Shown: positions 1-9,607, counted from the first letter of the stretch. The stretch is 64,000 nt of DNA from Spirochaetia bacterium (GCA_963668315.1 OY764216.1:1696001-1760000), one strand, 5' to 3'. Notes: a model not told the origin generated them from the letters alone. Made by a program: numbers and translations.

Positions 1-68
1 TTTCCCCCGGCGGTCAGAGCTGCCATGGATATGAGCGTGATAAACAATAAATAAAACCCTTTCTTCAT
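1..68 (-). CDS. 5' end of an exported protein, probably an ABC substrate-binding protein (partial, runs off the window)
   Basis: Reads MKKGFYLLFITLISMAALTAGG..., a signal peptide ending in AGG as in spirochaetal binding proteins; SD AAAGGAG upstream. Confidence 0.7.
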   Translation of the reverse strand, partial: MKKGFYLLFITLISMAALTAGG

Positions 69-75
69 ACAAATC

Positions 76-165
76 TCTCCTTTGGTTGCATAGGCGGGCA
101 GGTTAGGAAGTAACCGGTCTGCCTAAGGTTGCATAGGCCATCAGATTACAGAGTAACCTTCCTAC
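76..165 (-). ncRNA. Candidate tandem structured cis-regulatory RNA (two nested hairpins, each followed by AUGCAACC)
   Basis: Direct repeat GCCTATGCAACC twice; stems TAGGC/GCCTA and GGTTA/TAACC; similar copy at 22553-22610. Confidence 0.45.
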
Positions 166-180
166 CTTGTTTAACCTATA

Positions 181-197
181 AACAAGAAGTGTGCCAA
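181..197 (-). promoter_or_regulatory. Putative sigma-54 (-24/-12) promoter
   Basis: TTGGCACACTTCTTGTT against consensus TGGCACG-N4-TTGC; -12 is imperfect. Confidence 0.5.
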
Positions 198-302
198 GAG
201 GATAAGTCTCGTTTTGTCACGTTTTATCACGCTATGTTGCTTTTTGTTTGGGACATTCAGGTATTATCTTGAGGAGATATACCTGAATGTCGTTTTTTCT
301 TG

Positions 303-2234
303 TCAGTCCTCCAGGGAGATCAGATTCCTTTCTTCCTCTTCTCCGATCTTGAAGAAAGCCACAAGATCTATCATAGCCTGGGCTTGGGAATCAAGTTCCT
401 CCGACATGGCCGCCATATTCTCGGAAACGCTCACGTTCTGCTGAACGACGGTGTTCATCTGTATAATGGCGCTGTTGACCTGCTCGGCTCCCGAGCTCTG
501 CTCACGGCTTGCCGAGGATATCTCCTGTATGAAGCTGGCCGTTTCTCCTATCTGCGGTACCATCGCGGAAATAATCTGTCCCGCCTTCTCGGCTTTGATC
601 ACGTTGTCTCCGGCGATCTGGGTAATGCCGGAAGCGGCTTCCGAACTGTTTACGGCCAGTTTTCGTACCTCCGAGGCTACGACGGCGAATCCCTTACCCG
701 CTTCGCCGGCTCTTGCCGCTTCAATGGCGGCATTCAGTGCCAGCATGTTGGTATTGCGGGAAATATCCTCTATGACGGCGATTTTCTCGGCGATATCCTT
801 GATCGCCTGCACCGTTTCGGTCACGGCGTCACCCCCGTCCACCGCAGCATAGGAGACCTTCTCGGCCAGACTGTTGGATGTGGCGGCGTTCTCCGTGTTC
901 TGCTGGATATTGGCGGTCAGCTCTTCCATGCTGGAGGAGATCTCCTCCACGCTGGCGGCCTGCTCATTGGCTCCTTCTGAGATTCTTATGGCCGATTCAT
1001 TCAGCTGGCTGCTGCCCTCTTTGAACTGTTCCGTACTCTGCCGTATATTGGTTATGATCCGGATCAGGTTCTCCTTCATGTTGTTCAGGGCTGTCGCCAG
1101 GCTGCCTAGCTCGTCCCTATGGGTGTATTCGAACCGGGCCGACAGGTTTCCCGTGGAAATCTCGTCGGCAAAGAGCACGGCTTTCTTCAAAGGACCGGTT
1201 ATGCTTCTGGAAATGAGCGAGAGGGCTATGATCATGACGACAATCATGACGATGGCGAGAAGCAGTATATTCCTGAGCATTATCATGGAGGAACGGTTGA
1301 TTTCCGATTGGGGGATCTGTGCCATGATATACCAGGTGTTCCCGCTGTTTCCTAACTCCAGCGGCCTGAGTGAGGCAAAAAACGTATCATCCCCGGATGC
1401 CGATTCATAGGTGAAGCTGAAGGGCTTCTTGGAATTAATTTCTCTTTTGATCTCCGATGAAACCCAGGGAAAATAGGAAATATTCTGTTTGAGGGCCTTT
1501 TCGTCCTTTGTCGAGACAATCCCGTCCCCTTCGGAAACAAGGGTCAGGAAACCGGTATCGTAGATAGAGACCTGGCTTATGGCGTCATGGAGAGAGCCTA
1601 TCTCGAAGTCGCACCCCACCACGCCGATATGTCTGCCGTTCCGGTCGTAAAGAGGCGCCGAGATGGCCACCACCGTCTGTATTCCGTCGGGATACTCAAA
1701 ATCAAAGAAATCGCTCACGGTTATCCGTTTTCTGTCCCTGGCTCCCGTATACCAGATATCGGCTTCCGGGTCTCCCGAAGGAACATTCACATATACGTCG
1801 TCTTCCAAAAGCCAGGCGCTGTACTGGCCCGTTTCCCCGTAACGTTCCGTGCCGGCGAACTCTTCATCCCGGTCATCGAAAGTACCCGGTTCGAAGGTTA
1901 CCCATGTATCGTAGACGCGGCTTTCCACCCGTCCCCGGTCGTACCAGGCCTTCAGCATGGCCGTGGCTGTTTCCCGGGAGGGGCTTTCCGAGGCGGCCAG
2001 GGTTTCCATCGCGTCGCTCATGGCCGCCGTTTCACTGAGGGTTGTCCCGAAGATCTGGAGAACATACTGCCCGTAATGTTCGGTATATTCCCCTGCAAGA
2101 AGTTCGGCATTCATATTTGCCTGGGCGAGGGTGGTCGAACGGGTATAGAAATAGAATCCCGTCATGGCAATTATGACAAGAAGGGCTAGAAGGGTATTCA
2201 GCTTCTGGCTGATTTTTAAGTCGGAAAATCTCAT
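303..2234 (-). CDS. Methyl-accepting chemotaxis protein (Cache sensor, HAMP, MCP signal domain)
   Basis: Two TM segments, HAMP (RDELGSLA), [33 protein letters not shown]. Confidence 0.97.
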   Translation of the reverse strand: MRFSDLKISQKLNTLLALLVIIAMTGFYFYTRSTTLAQANMNAELLAGEYTEHYGQYVLQIFGTTLSETAAMSDAMETLAASESPSRETATAMLKAWYDRGRVESRVYDTWVTFEPGTFDDRDEEFAGTERYGETGQYSAWLLEDDVYVNVPSGDPEADIWYTGARDRKRITVSDFFDFEYPDGIQTVVAISAPLYDRNGRHIGVVGCDFEIGSLHDAISQVSIYDTGFLTLVSEGDGIVSTKDEKALKQNISYFPWVSSEIKREINSKKPFSFTYESASGDDTFFASLRPLELGNSGNTWYIMAQIPQSEINRSSMIMLRNILLLAIVMIVVMIIALSLISRSITGPLKKAVLFADEISTGNLSARFEYTHRDELGSLATALNNMKENLIRIITNIRQSTEQFKEGSSQLNESAIRISEGANEQAASVEEISSSMEELTANIQQNTENAATSNSLAEKVSYAAVDGGDAVTETVQAIKDIAEKIAVIEDISRNTNMLALNAAIEAARAGEAGKGFAVVASEVRKLAVNSSEAASGITQIAGDNVIKAEKAGQIISAMVPQIGETASFIQEISSASREQSSGAEQVNSAIIQMNTVVQQNVSVSENMAAMSEELDSQAQAMIDLVAFFKIGEEEERNLISLED

Positions 2235-2314
2235 TTTATTACCTTTTTGTAAATTGATTCATTAAGTTTAATGGTAAACAGGGTACTTTTCCAATTATTT
2301 TTGACTAAACACCG

Positions 2315-2346
2315 AAAAATCAATCCGGGAGGCATAATTCCCGGAT
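2315..2346 (-). terminator. Probable intrinsic terminator
   Basis: ATCCGGGA/TCCCGGAT 8-bp stem followed by a T run on the minus strand. Confidence 0.55.
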
Positions 2347-2480
2347 CGGGGGCTGTCATTCTGACCATGAGTGTTCTGCGTCTCTCCACCTCTTTGATTT
2401 CCCTGTCATACTCATTGGCTGCAGAGAACGGTCTGATATCCCGTTCCGCTCTGTTACGGGGAGATTATGGCACGGCTAAT

Positions 2481-2498
2481 ATGACGGCCCTGTGTCAT
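2481..2498. promoter_or_regulatory. Palindrome, possible operator of the adjacent WYL-family regulator
   Basis: ATGAC-N8-GTCAT just downstream of the WYL remnant. Confidence 0.35.
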
Positions 2499-2513
2499 GA
2501 TAGGAAATTATAA

Positions 2514-2671
2514 TCAGTATTTTCCGGCGATCTTCGCGGCCCTCTCCTTCAGAATGGCTTTGAGCCTTTCCGAGTCCACCGCTTCCCTGACGGCGTATCC
2601 CCCGCCGGGGCGCTGACCAGTACGTTATTGAGAAGGTAGACGATGATGGAGAGGAGCCGGTCTATTTTCAC
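2514..2671 (-). pseudogene. Internally deleted YafY/WYL-family transcriptional regulator remnant
   Basis: GTG overlaps the thpR stop; MKIDRLLSIIVYLLNNVLVSA, then in another frame PGGGYAVRE and ...LKAILKERAAKIAGKY*. Confidence 0.8.
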
Positions 2672-3219
2672 GGTTTCATCCCTGTCAGACGGACGCTGTG
2701 GAGGGACCGGTAGACCGGATGGCCCGATTCATAGAGGCTTTCCATCAGTTCCGCCCTTCCCACGGTGACGGGAGGGAGGGACAGGTGCTCCTTCTCCAGC
2801 TCCTTCAGGCGGCTGTAGGGGAGGCGGGCATTTCTCACGAGTGTCACATGGGGCTTTAATTCCCGCCGGTCCCCCCTGTCGATACTCTCCCTTATCAGGC
2901 GGGACAGATGGGCAAGTTCCCCGTCCCGGTCCCGGGCTTTGAGGAAAATCAGATCCCCCTCCCTCTGCCTGAAGTGGCCGTACCCGTTGAAAACCAGGCG
3001 AAAGGGAGCGGTGCCTTCGGCGGCTTTTTCGAGGGCTTCTTTGAAAAGGGGCAGCTCCTCCTCTTCGGCGGGACCTATGAAGTGAAGGGTGATGTGAAAA
3101 TTCTCCGCCCGGCTCCAGTTTCCCCGGGAAATCAGGGGGCGGAGACTGTTCTGCCTTTTCCCTATGGCGGAGATCATTTCCCGTGAGAAGTTAACCGCAT
3201 AGAAAAGTCTCCTTCCCAT
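2668..3219 (-). CDS. thpR: RNA 2',3'-cyclic phosphodiesterase (2H phosphoesterase)
   Basis: RLFYA N-terminus, HITLHF and PHVTL motifs; start overlaps the sbcB stop. Confidence 0.9.
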   Translation of the reverse strand: MGRRLFYAVNFSREMISAIGKRQNSLRPLISRGNWSRAENFHITLHFIGPAEEEELPLFKEALEKAAEGTAPFRLVFNGYGHFRQREGDLIFLKARDRDGELAHLSRLIRESIDRGDRRELKPHVTLVRNARLPYSRLKELEKEHLSLPPVTVGRAELMESLYESGHPVYRSLHSVRLTGMKP

Positions 3220-4691
3220 CACTCCTTCCCGTAACTTAAGATCTCCCTTTCCAGGTAATCGGCGTAATCGCTCAGGGTTTTGATGATCACCTTGCCCCGG
3301 GCGTCCACCTCTTCGGACCGGCGCAGATTCTCCAGCCTTTTGCGGAATTCCCCGAAGTCCGAGGCGTTTTTCACCGGCGGAAACAGGAGCCGGCCCGCGC
3401 AGTAGCTGCGCCACTGTCTGGCCCGGTCTTCCGGAAGGGTCTCGGGATAGTTGCGTCCCACGAAGCGGCGCAGCATTTCGGGAAGACGGGGGTCCCGGAA
3501 GGGCGGACGGAGTTTGTACAGATTCTCCGGAAGGGTGTTGTGCACCAGTTCGAAGCAGGATTTGTCATCGTCCCGGAAGAATCCTCCCGAGTATATCTGC
3601 ACGTCCGGGTCTTCCTTTACCGGAGGGGCCGTGGGGTCCTGTTCGGCTTTTTCGAATACCTGGCGCACCTTCTGGATGATCTCCCGGTGCTGCATGAGCT
3701 TGTGCCTGTGGAGTTCGCACCGGACCCGGTCCAGGCCCAGCCGGTCGGCCGCTTCGGAGGTCAGCGTGGAGAGGGGGGCGAGTATGGGGCATTTATTGAT
3801 ATGGATGCCCTTGACGGGAATGCGCGGCGTATCTCCCAGCTCTTCGGACCGGGTGAAAATGCGGCGGCGTATTTCCTCCACGGGGAGGTCTATGAGGGGC
3901 TGGGGATCTATGCGCAGATCATAAAAGTAGAGGCAGTTCCGGTTGGAGGGATCCACCGTGAGTGGGGCCATGATAGTGGTGCATCCCTTTTCCGAAGAGA
4001 GCATCCCCGACGTATGGAGGAGGGGCGTCATCTTCTCCAGGTTTACAAGGGGGCGGAGGGCGTTTTTGGTCCGTTTGTCAAAGGCCCATTTGAACAGGCG
4101 GGGCTGTCTCTTCTGTATCATCCGGGCCACTTCTATGGTGGCGTAGACGTCTGAGAGGGCGTCGTGGGCGTGCTGATGGCCTATCTTGTTGGCTTCGGTC
4201 AGCTTTTCCAGCCTGATGGTGGGACGCCCCGTCTCATCGCTGACCGGCCAGACGATACCTTCGGGGCGCAGATCCCGGGTCACTCTGACCAGATCGATAA
4301 TGTCCCAGCGGCTGTTTCCCCCGGACCACTCCCGCATATAGGGATCCATGAAATTGCGGTAATAGAGATTTCTGATAAACTCATCGTCGAAGCGGATGCT
4401 GTTGAAGCCGGTCACCGTGGTGCCCGGACGGGACATCTCCCTGTCAATCGCCCGGATGAATTCGTACTCAGAGACGCCCTTCTCCAGGGTCTCCTGGGGG
4501 GTGATGCCCGTGACAAGGCAGGCCTTGGGGTCGGGAATATAATCGGGAGGGATCCGGCAGTATAGTACGACCGGATCTTCCACCGGTTCAAAGTTGTCGT
4601 CGGTACGGACCGCGGCGAACTGGGCCACCCTGTCCCAGACGGGATTGGTGCCGAAAGTTTCCAGGTCGTACCAGAGAATTGTCTGGGCCAT
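3219..4691 (-). CDS. sbcB: Exodeoxyribonuclease I
   Basis: YDLETFG, QFAAVRTD, GFNSIRFDDE, HAHDALSDV, HINKCP motifs. Confidence 0.96.
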   Translation of the reverse strand: MAQTILWYDLETFGTNPVWDRVAQFAAVRTDDNFEPVEDPVVLYCRIPPDYIPDPKACLVTGITPQETLEKGVSEYEFIRAIDREMSRPGTTVTGFNSIRFDDEFIRNLYYRNFMDPYMREWSGGNSRWDIIDLVRVTRDLRPEGIVWPVSDETGRPTIRLEKLTEANKIGHQHAHDALSDVYATIEVARMIQKRQPRLFKWAFDKRTKNALRPLVNLEKMTPLLHTSGMLSSEKGCTTIMAPLTVDPSNRNCLYFYDLRIDPQPLIDLPVEEIRRRIFTRSEELGDTPRIPVKGIHINKCPILAPLSTLTSEAADRLGLDRVRCELHRHKLMQHREIIQKVRQVFEKAEQDPTAPPVKEDPDVQIYSGGFFRDDDKSCFELVHNTLPENLYKLRPPFRDPRLPEMLRRFVGRNYPETLPEDRARQWRSYCAGRLLFPPVKNASDFGEFRKRLENLRRSEEVDARGKVIIKTLSDYADYLEREILSYGKE

Positions 4692-4805
4692 GGGGGTATT
4701 GTAGGTGAATCGGTCCGCTTGAACAAGAGGGCTTTTCCGGGAGATAATGTTTGACAGGGCGGCTTCGGAGTAGGAGAATTCAAGATAGCCCTACAGGGGG
4801 AGATC

Positions 4806-5786
4806 ATGACGAAACTGGACGAGTTAGCCGCGCTGCTCAGGGAAGCGCCCGATGAGATTTTCATTCAGCCTCACAATGTTCCCGATCCCGACGCCATCGC
4901 CTCCTGCTTCGGCCTTCAGTATCTTCTGTCCGTCCGGGGCGTGAAAACGGTTATCGTCTATGATAACGAGGTGGAGAAGGCCAATTCCCTTAAAATGCTG
5001 GAACTCTTCGGGATAACCATGGTCAAGGCCTGCGATGTGGCGACAATGGGGGAGGAGGACTGGACGATTCTTGTGGATGTACAGAAGCACAATTCCAACG
5101 TTACCGATCTGGTGACCGACGAAGTGGCCTGCATCGATCACCATGAAGCGAACGGCCTGGATCAGGGCTGCCGTTTCATCGATCTGCGCCCCGAAGCAGG
5201 AGCCTGTTCCAGCATCATCGCCGAATATTTCTGGGAGAACGGCATCGATTTTCCCCGGAAGGTGGCCACCGCTCTTCTATACGGGATATTCATGGATACG
5301 GCGGATCTCTCCCGGGGCGTTTCCGAACTGGATATTAATATGTTCTACCGGCTATACCGGCTGTCGGATATCTCCCTTATCACCGAACTGAAGGGAAATC
5401 AGATTAGCCAGAGCGACCTGAACGATTACGCCCGGGCCTTCGAGTCGGTGGAGATCTATGACGAAGTGGGGTTTCTTTACCTGGATAACTGCAACGATTC
5501 ATTGCTGGGCGCGGCGGGGGATATGGTCCTCTCAATCGCGGGCGTGAATGTGGTGGTGGCCTATTCTCCCCGGCCGGAGGGGATCAAGTTCTCCCTGCGC
5601 AGTATCGACGGGATGGTCAGCGCCGAGGACATGGTCAAGAATCTTCTCAAGGATATGGGATTCGGCGGCGGTCACCGCTCCATGGCCGGCGGATTTCTTC
5701 CCCGGGAAAATATGCCGGATAACCGGAGTATCCACACCTTCGTTCGTCACCGGGCCATCTCCTATCTGGAGTCATGCCGATTATAA
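4806..5786 (+). CDS. DHH/DHHA1 family phosphoesterase (NrnA-like)
   Basis: HNVPDPDAIAS, IDHH, GGGH motifs. Confidence 0.92.
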   Translation: MTKLDELAALLREAPDEIFIQPHNVPDPDAIASCFGLQYLLSVRGVKTVIVYDNEVEKANSLKMLELFGITMVKACDVATMGEEDWTILVDVQKHNSNVTDLVTDEVACIDHHEANGLDQGCRFIDLRPEAGACSSIIAEYFWENGIDFPRKVATALLYGIFMDTADLSRGVSELDINMFYRLYRLSDISLITELKGNQISQSDLNDYARAFESVEIYDEVGFLYLDNCNDSLLGAAGDMVLSIAGVNVVVAYSPRPEGIKFSLRSIDGMVSAEDMVKNLLKDMGFGGGHRSMAGGFLPRENMPDNRSIHTFVRHRAISYLESCRL

Positions 5787-5822
5787 AGAAGCCCGGTAAC
5801 ATAATTGTTCCGGGCCAATGTT

Positions 5823-5999
5823 TTACATATTCCTGAATCTCTGGGCATCCAGATATTCCGCCGTCACGATATCCGCTCTGGAAGTGTAGCTGCGGATTCC
5901 ATAGAGCCAGCCTTTTCTCATCAGATTACAAATCTTCTGACATCCCCGATTATCCCGGGTAAGCCGACTTTTGCAAATAAGGTCTATGAGTCTTTTCAT
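5823..5999 (-). CDS. Small hypothetical protein (58 aa)
   Basis: ATG with SD GGGAGG; MKRLIDLICKSRLTRDNRGCQKICNLMRKGWLYG...; fills an intergenic gap. Confidence 0.5.
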   Translation of the reverse strand: MKRLIDLICKSRLTRDNRGCQKICNLMRKGWLYGIRSYTSRADIVTAEYLDAQRFRNM

Positions 6000-6253
6000 A
6001 GGGCCCTCCCTTGGGTTTGAATAATCGTCCCCGGCTATTTAAGGGTACCCCCTTTTCTTCAGCCCGTCTGGATGATGAGTCTATCCTCGCAGGATTGGGA
6101 GTTCCTTCCAAGTGGGGATTTATTTTTTAATTGAAAATTCCCTAAAAGTCGTTTCTACGCAAAAGAATATTCGCGATTTCCTCGGGAAAAGATTATAATA
6201 AAAGGGGATAGGGCGAATCGGAGGAACGGGAGAAAATTCCGGGGAGGACTTCT

Positions 6254-7054
6254 ATGGATTACCGGATTGTCGATGTGGATGAAAGTAACAGGGACCGGTA
6301 CTGTGTCTGCTTTGAGGAGTGGTCCGATGAGATGAAGGAGGCCGGCGACAGGAAATGCCGCTGGTATGAAACCATGAAGGACCGGGGGCTGGGAGTCAAG
6401 CTCGCTGAGGATGGAGACGGAACTCTATCCGGGCTCATTCAGTATGTTCCCGCCGAATACGCACCCCTTACCGACGGCAACTATTACTTTATCTACTGCA
6501 TCTGGGTTCACGGCTATAAAAAAGGTATCGGAGACAGAAGGGGGCGGGGGATGGGACAGGCCCTGCTGAAAGCCGCCGAGGAGGATATCCTCCGCCGGGG
6601 TGCGGAGGGAATTGCCGCCTGGGGACTGTCCCTGCCTTTCTGGATGAAGGCGTCCTGGTACAGAAAACAGGGATACCGAACGGTTCAGAAGGACGGCATT
6701 CGCCGGCTGCTGTGGAAACCCTTGAAAGAAGATGCCGAGCCTCCCCGGTGGTACTCCCACAGGAAGCTTGGATTGAATCCCCCGGAGGGGAAGGTGACTG
6801 TCACCTCGGTGGTGAATGGTATCTGCCCCGTTTCCAATCTGGCCAATGTCAGGGCCGCCTCCGTATCCTCCGAATGGGGCCCGGATGTGATTTTCCGCGA
6901 GATAGACAGCACCGATCCTGACATTTTGCGGGAGTGGGGGGCGGATAATTCCCTCTATATCAATAACAGGGAGATAGTACTGGGACCGCCCCTCGGAAAG
7001 AAGAAAATCCGCAGGGCCATCGCCAGGGAGTTGAAGATCGCCGGGAGAAAATGA
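6254..7054 (+). CDS. GNAT family N-acetyltransferase
   Basis: CIWV...RGRGMGQALL acetyl-CoA loop; SD GGAGG. Confidence 0.85.
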   Translation: MDYRIVDVDESNRDRYCVCFEEWSDEMKEAGDRKCRWYETMKDRGLGVKLAEDGDGTLSGLIQYVPAEYAPLTDGNYYFIYCIWVHGYKKGIGDRRGRGMGQALLKAAEEDILRRGAEGIAAWGLSLPFWMKASWYRKQGYRTVQKDGIRRLLWKPLKEDAEPPRWYSHRKLGLNPPEGKVTVTSVVNGICPVSNLANVRAASVSSEWGPDVIFREIDSTDPDILREWGADNSLYINNREIVLGPPLGKKKIRRAIARELKIAGRK

Positions 7055-7110
7055 ATATAACGGAAGATTCCCCCTCCCTTTACTAGACGGGACAGGCAAA
7101 GAGCCCTAAG

Positions 7111-8502
7111 ATGGGCGTTATGACTGAAAAAATGGGTACTCTCAATCCGATATTGTGCGTCAAGGAAGATAAGGCGTTTTTTTCCCCTCTGATCTCTCTG
7201 GCCATTCCGATCGCCCTCCAGAATCTGGTTGAGACCGCCGTAAACATGCTGGATACTTTTATGATCGGTCAGCTGGGAGAGGCGGCCATAGCGGCTGTCG
7301 CCCTGTCCAACCAGATCTTTTTCCTGCAGATGCTCGCCCTTTTCGGAATTTCCAGCGGATCCGCCGTTTTCACCGCCCAGTTCTGGGGCAAGAAGGATAT
7401 GCCCGGACTTCAGAAAACTTCCGGTCTGGCACTGATCCTGGCGCTTTTTTTCTCCGGACTTTTCACTCTGGCAACCCAGTTGTTCCCCGGAGAAATCCTC
7501 AGGCTTTTCTCGAAGGACGAAGCCGTCATCGCCCTGGCCGTACCCTATCTGCGCATCACTTCCGTCAGTTACATGTTTACCGCCGTGACCATTATCATGG
7601 CCGGCATCCTCCGTACGACGGGGATCGCCAAAGTTCCCCTTTATGTATCCGTCGGGGCTATTTTCATCAATGCCCTGTTCAACTATCTGCTGATTTTCGG
7701 CAAAATGGGATTTCCCCGCCTGGGAACGTCCGGCGCCGCTATCGCCACCAGCCTGGCCCGTATCCTGGAAATGTTAATCCTGCTGGCCATCATATACGGG
7801 AAGAAATACCCCGCCGCCCTCCATCCCCGGCAGATGGGCTCCCTTACCCGGGAATTCCTCAAGAGGTTTTTTCACCGCCTCTACCCGGTTCTTCTCAATG
7901 AAATCGGCTGGTCCGCCGGGATGACCATGTTCACCCTGGTCTACGCCCGGATGGGTACGGATATCCTGGCCGGGTACAATATCACCAATACGATCATTCA
8001 GTTCGCCTTCGTCTTTTTCATGGGGTCGGGCAACGCCAGTGCGGTGATTATGGGAAATATGATAGGGAGGGGAGAGTCATCGGAAAATCTGCAGCGCTGC
8101 AGCCGCAAGCTTCTCTATCTTTCCCCTCTTTTGGGACTGGGATTCGCGGCCCTCATGATTCTGCTGGCTCCCTATGTGCCCCTGCTCTTCAACGTTTCTC
8201 CCGAGGTCCGTCTGCTGGTGACCCGATTTATGTATATCATCTGCCCGGTTATACTGGTCAAAGTCTCCAATATGCATATTATTGTGGGAATATTGAGGAG
8301 CGGGGGGGATACCCATGTGTGTGCGGCGCTGGAACTGATTCCCCTCTGGTTTATCGCCATACCCGCCATGGCTGTAACCGGACTGGTCCTGCACTGGAAT
8401 CCCCTGCTCGTGTACCTGGTTTCCATGAGTGAAGAGGTTCTTAAGTATGTTCTGGGGCTTATCAGGGTTTATTCGGGAAAGTGGATTAATAACGTTACTT
8501 AA
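7111..8502 (+). CDS. MATE family efflux transporter
   Basis: LAIPIALQNL, DTFMIGQLG, about 12 TM helices. Confidence 0.95.
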   Translation: MGVMTEKMGTLNPILCVKEDKAFFSPLISLAIPIALQNLVETAVNMLDTFMIGQLGEAAIAAVALSNQIFFLQMLALFGISSGSAVFTAQFWGKKDMPGLQKTSGLALILALFFSGLFTLATQLFPGEILRLFSKDEAVIALAVPYLRITSVSYMFTAVTIIMAGILRTTGIAKVPLYVSVGAIFINALFNYLLIFGKMGFPRLGTSGAAIATSLARILEMLILLAIIYGKKYPAALHPRQMGSLTREFLKRFFHRLYPVLLNEIGWSAGMTMFTLVYARMGTDILAGYNITNTIIQFAFVFFMGSGNASAVIMGNMIGRGESSENLQRCSRKLLYLSPLLGLGFAALMILLAPYVPLLFNVSPEVRLLVTRFMYIICPVILVKVSNMHIIVGILRSGGDTHVCAALELIPLWFIAIPAMAVTGLVLHWNPLLVYLVSMSEEVLKYVLGLIRVYSGKWINNVT

Positions 8503-8942
8503 GACTTTTCCCTATGTTCCTTCCAGATTTCCCGGAGAAGGGTTTTGAGCATTTCCACCTGGTCATGACCTATCCCGGCGGCAATCTCCGACTCGATTTC
8601 TCCCTTCATGGCATTGCTTTCGAGGCAGTAATTGAGCCCCTTCCCGGTCAGGAACATATATTTGTCCCTTTTATTGCCTTCCCGGTACTCAAAGGACAGG
8701 AAATCCCGCTCTTCCAGACCGCGTGCGCATTTCTGCATGGCCTGGCGGGAAATATTTAAAAGGCGGGAGGCTTCTGATATGGACAGAGGATTCTGGTGAA
8801 TTCGGGCCAGCAGGTGAGCTTCCGTGTGGGAAATGTCATCGCTTCCCGTTTTTTTCCATCTCTCTTCGGCTATGCGGCGCAGATGCAGATGGCTGTCACT
8901 GATAAGGTCAATCAGATTCAATTCGCTCAAAGTCGATTTCAT
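8499..8942 (-). CDS. MarR family transcriptional regulator
   Basis: wHTH ISRQAMQK, NKRDKYMFLTGKG. Confidence 0.9.
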   Translation of the reverse strand: MKSTLSELNLIDLISDSHLHLRRIAEERWKKTGSDDISHTEAHLLARIHQNPLSISEASRLLNISRQAMQKCARGLEERDFLSFEYREGNKRDKYMFLTGKGLNYCLESNAMKGEIESEIAAGIGHDQVEMLKTLLREIWKEHREKS

Positions 8943-8966
8943 CGCAGAACCCTCTTTTCCGGAGTG

Positions 8967-9458
8967 TCAGGAGGCGTCTTCCGGATTATTCCTCACATCT
9001 ATAGCATAGATTTTTGAAAAGAGAAAGCGCACAAGATTTCCGACAATCAGGAGATTCAGGGGCAGGGCCATGACAAAATTCCTCAAGGCCACCCGGGGGT
9101 AGACAGAGAAGACGTCACGGGAGAATCCGACCGTCTGAATGCTGCCGAACAGGGACATGCAGATGACCATTCCCACTACCATGGAACAGGAAATGGTGAG
9201 GATCAGAACGATCTTTTTCACATCCGGATTGTTCCTGTGTACCCTGTGGGCGAATCCCTTCGCCAGGGGGCCGACGACGAAAATATCAAGGATAAGGGCA
9301 ATGAAAAAGCCCAGCCAGTATTCCCTGAGCAGAATCATAAGGAAGTGTTCTCCCCATCCGCCCATGTTGATATACATATTATAGACTGTCATTCCCAGAA
9401 CCATGAAAAAGCACATCATGGTCGTAAATACGAATTTTTGAAACTTGGTTTCACCCAT
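8967..9458 (-). CDS. Membrane protein (DUF2798-like)
   Basis: 4 TM; FTTMMCFFMV and NFVMALPL motifs. Confidence 0.75.
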   Translation of the reverse strand: MGETKFQKFVFTTMMCFFMVLGMTVYNMYINMGGWGEHFLMILLREYWLGFFIALILDIFVVGPLAKGFAHRVHRNNPDVKKIVLILTISCSMVVGMVICMSLFGSIQTVGFSRDVFSVYPRVALRNFVMALPLNLLIVGNLVRFLFSKIYAIDVRNNPEDAS

Positions 9459-9508
9459 TTATAATTTTCCTCTTCCTTGTTAATAATTGAACGAAATATA
9501 GAAGGATT

Positions 9509-9543
9509 TGTCATTATTGTCAACTATGTTGACAATAATGACA
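9509..9543. promoter_or_regulatory. Perfect palindrome with 16-bp arms, probable MarR operator
   Basis: TGTCATTATTGTCAAC-TAT-GTTGACAATAATGACA upstream of the membrane protein-marR operon. Confidence 0.75.
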
Positions 9544-9607
9544 GGGTTATGGGGCGAAAAGGGGAAAAAAGTCTTTTCTTTTTTTTTATTTAGGATAATA
9601 TTATTGC

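Noticed and set aside
84..138. Repeat GGTTGCATAGGC as a possible CRISPR array
   Set aside because: Only two 12-bp copies with structured spacers and no cas genes
2468..2483. TGGCACG as a sigma-54 promoter
   Set aside because: No TTGC at -12 and no plus-strand gene downstream
3220..3414. N-terminal extension of thpR in the ORF track
   Set aside because: Overlaps sbcB; family similarity begins at the ATG at 3219
6055..6080. SAM-I riboswitch-like start (ATCCAGAC...)
   Set aside because: Remaining conserved SAM-I elements are absent
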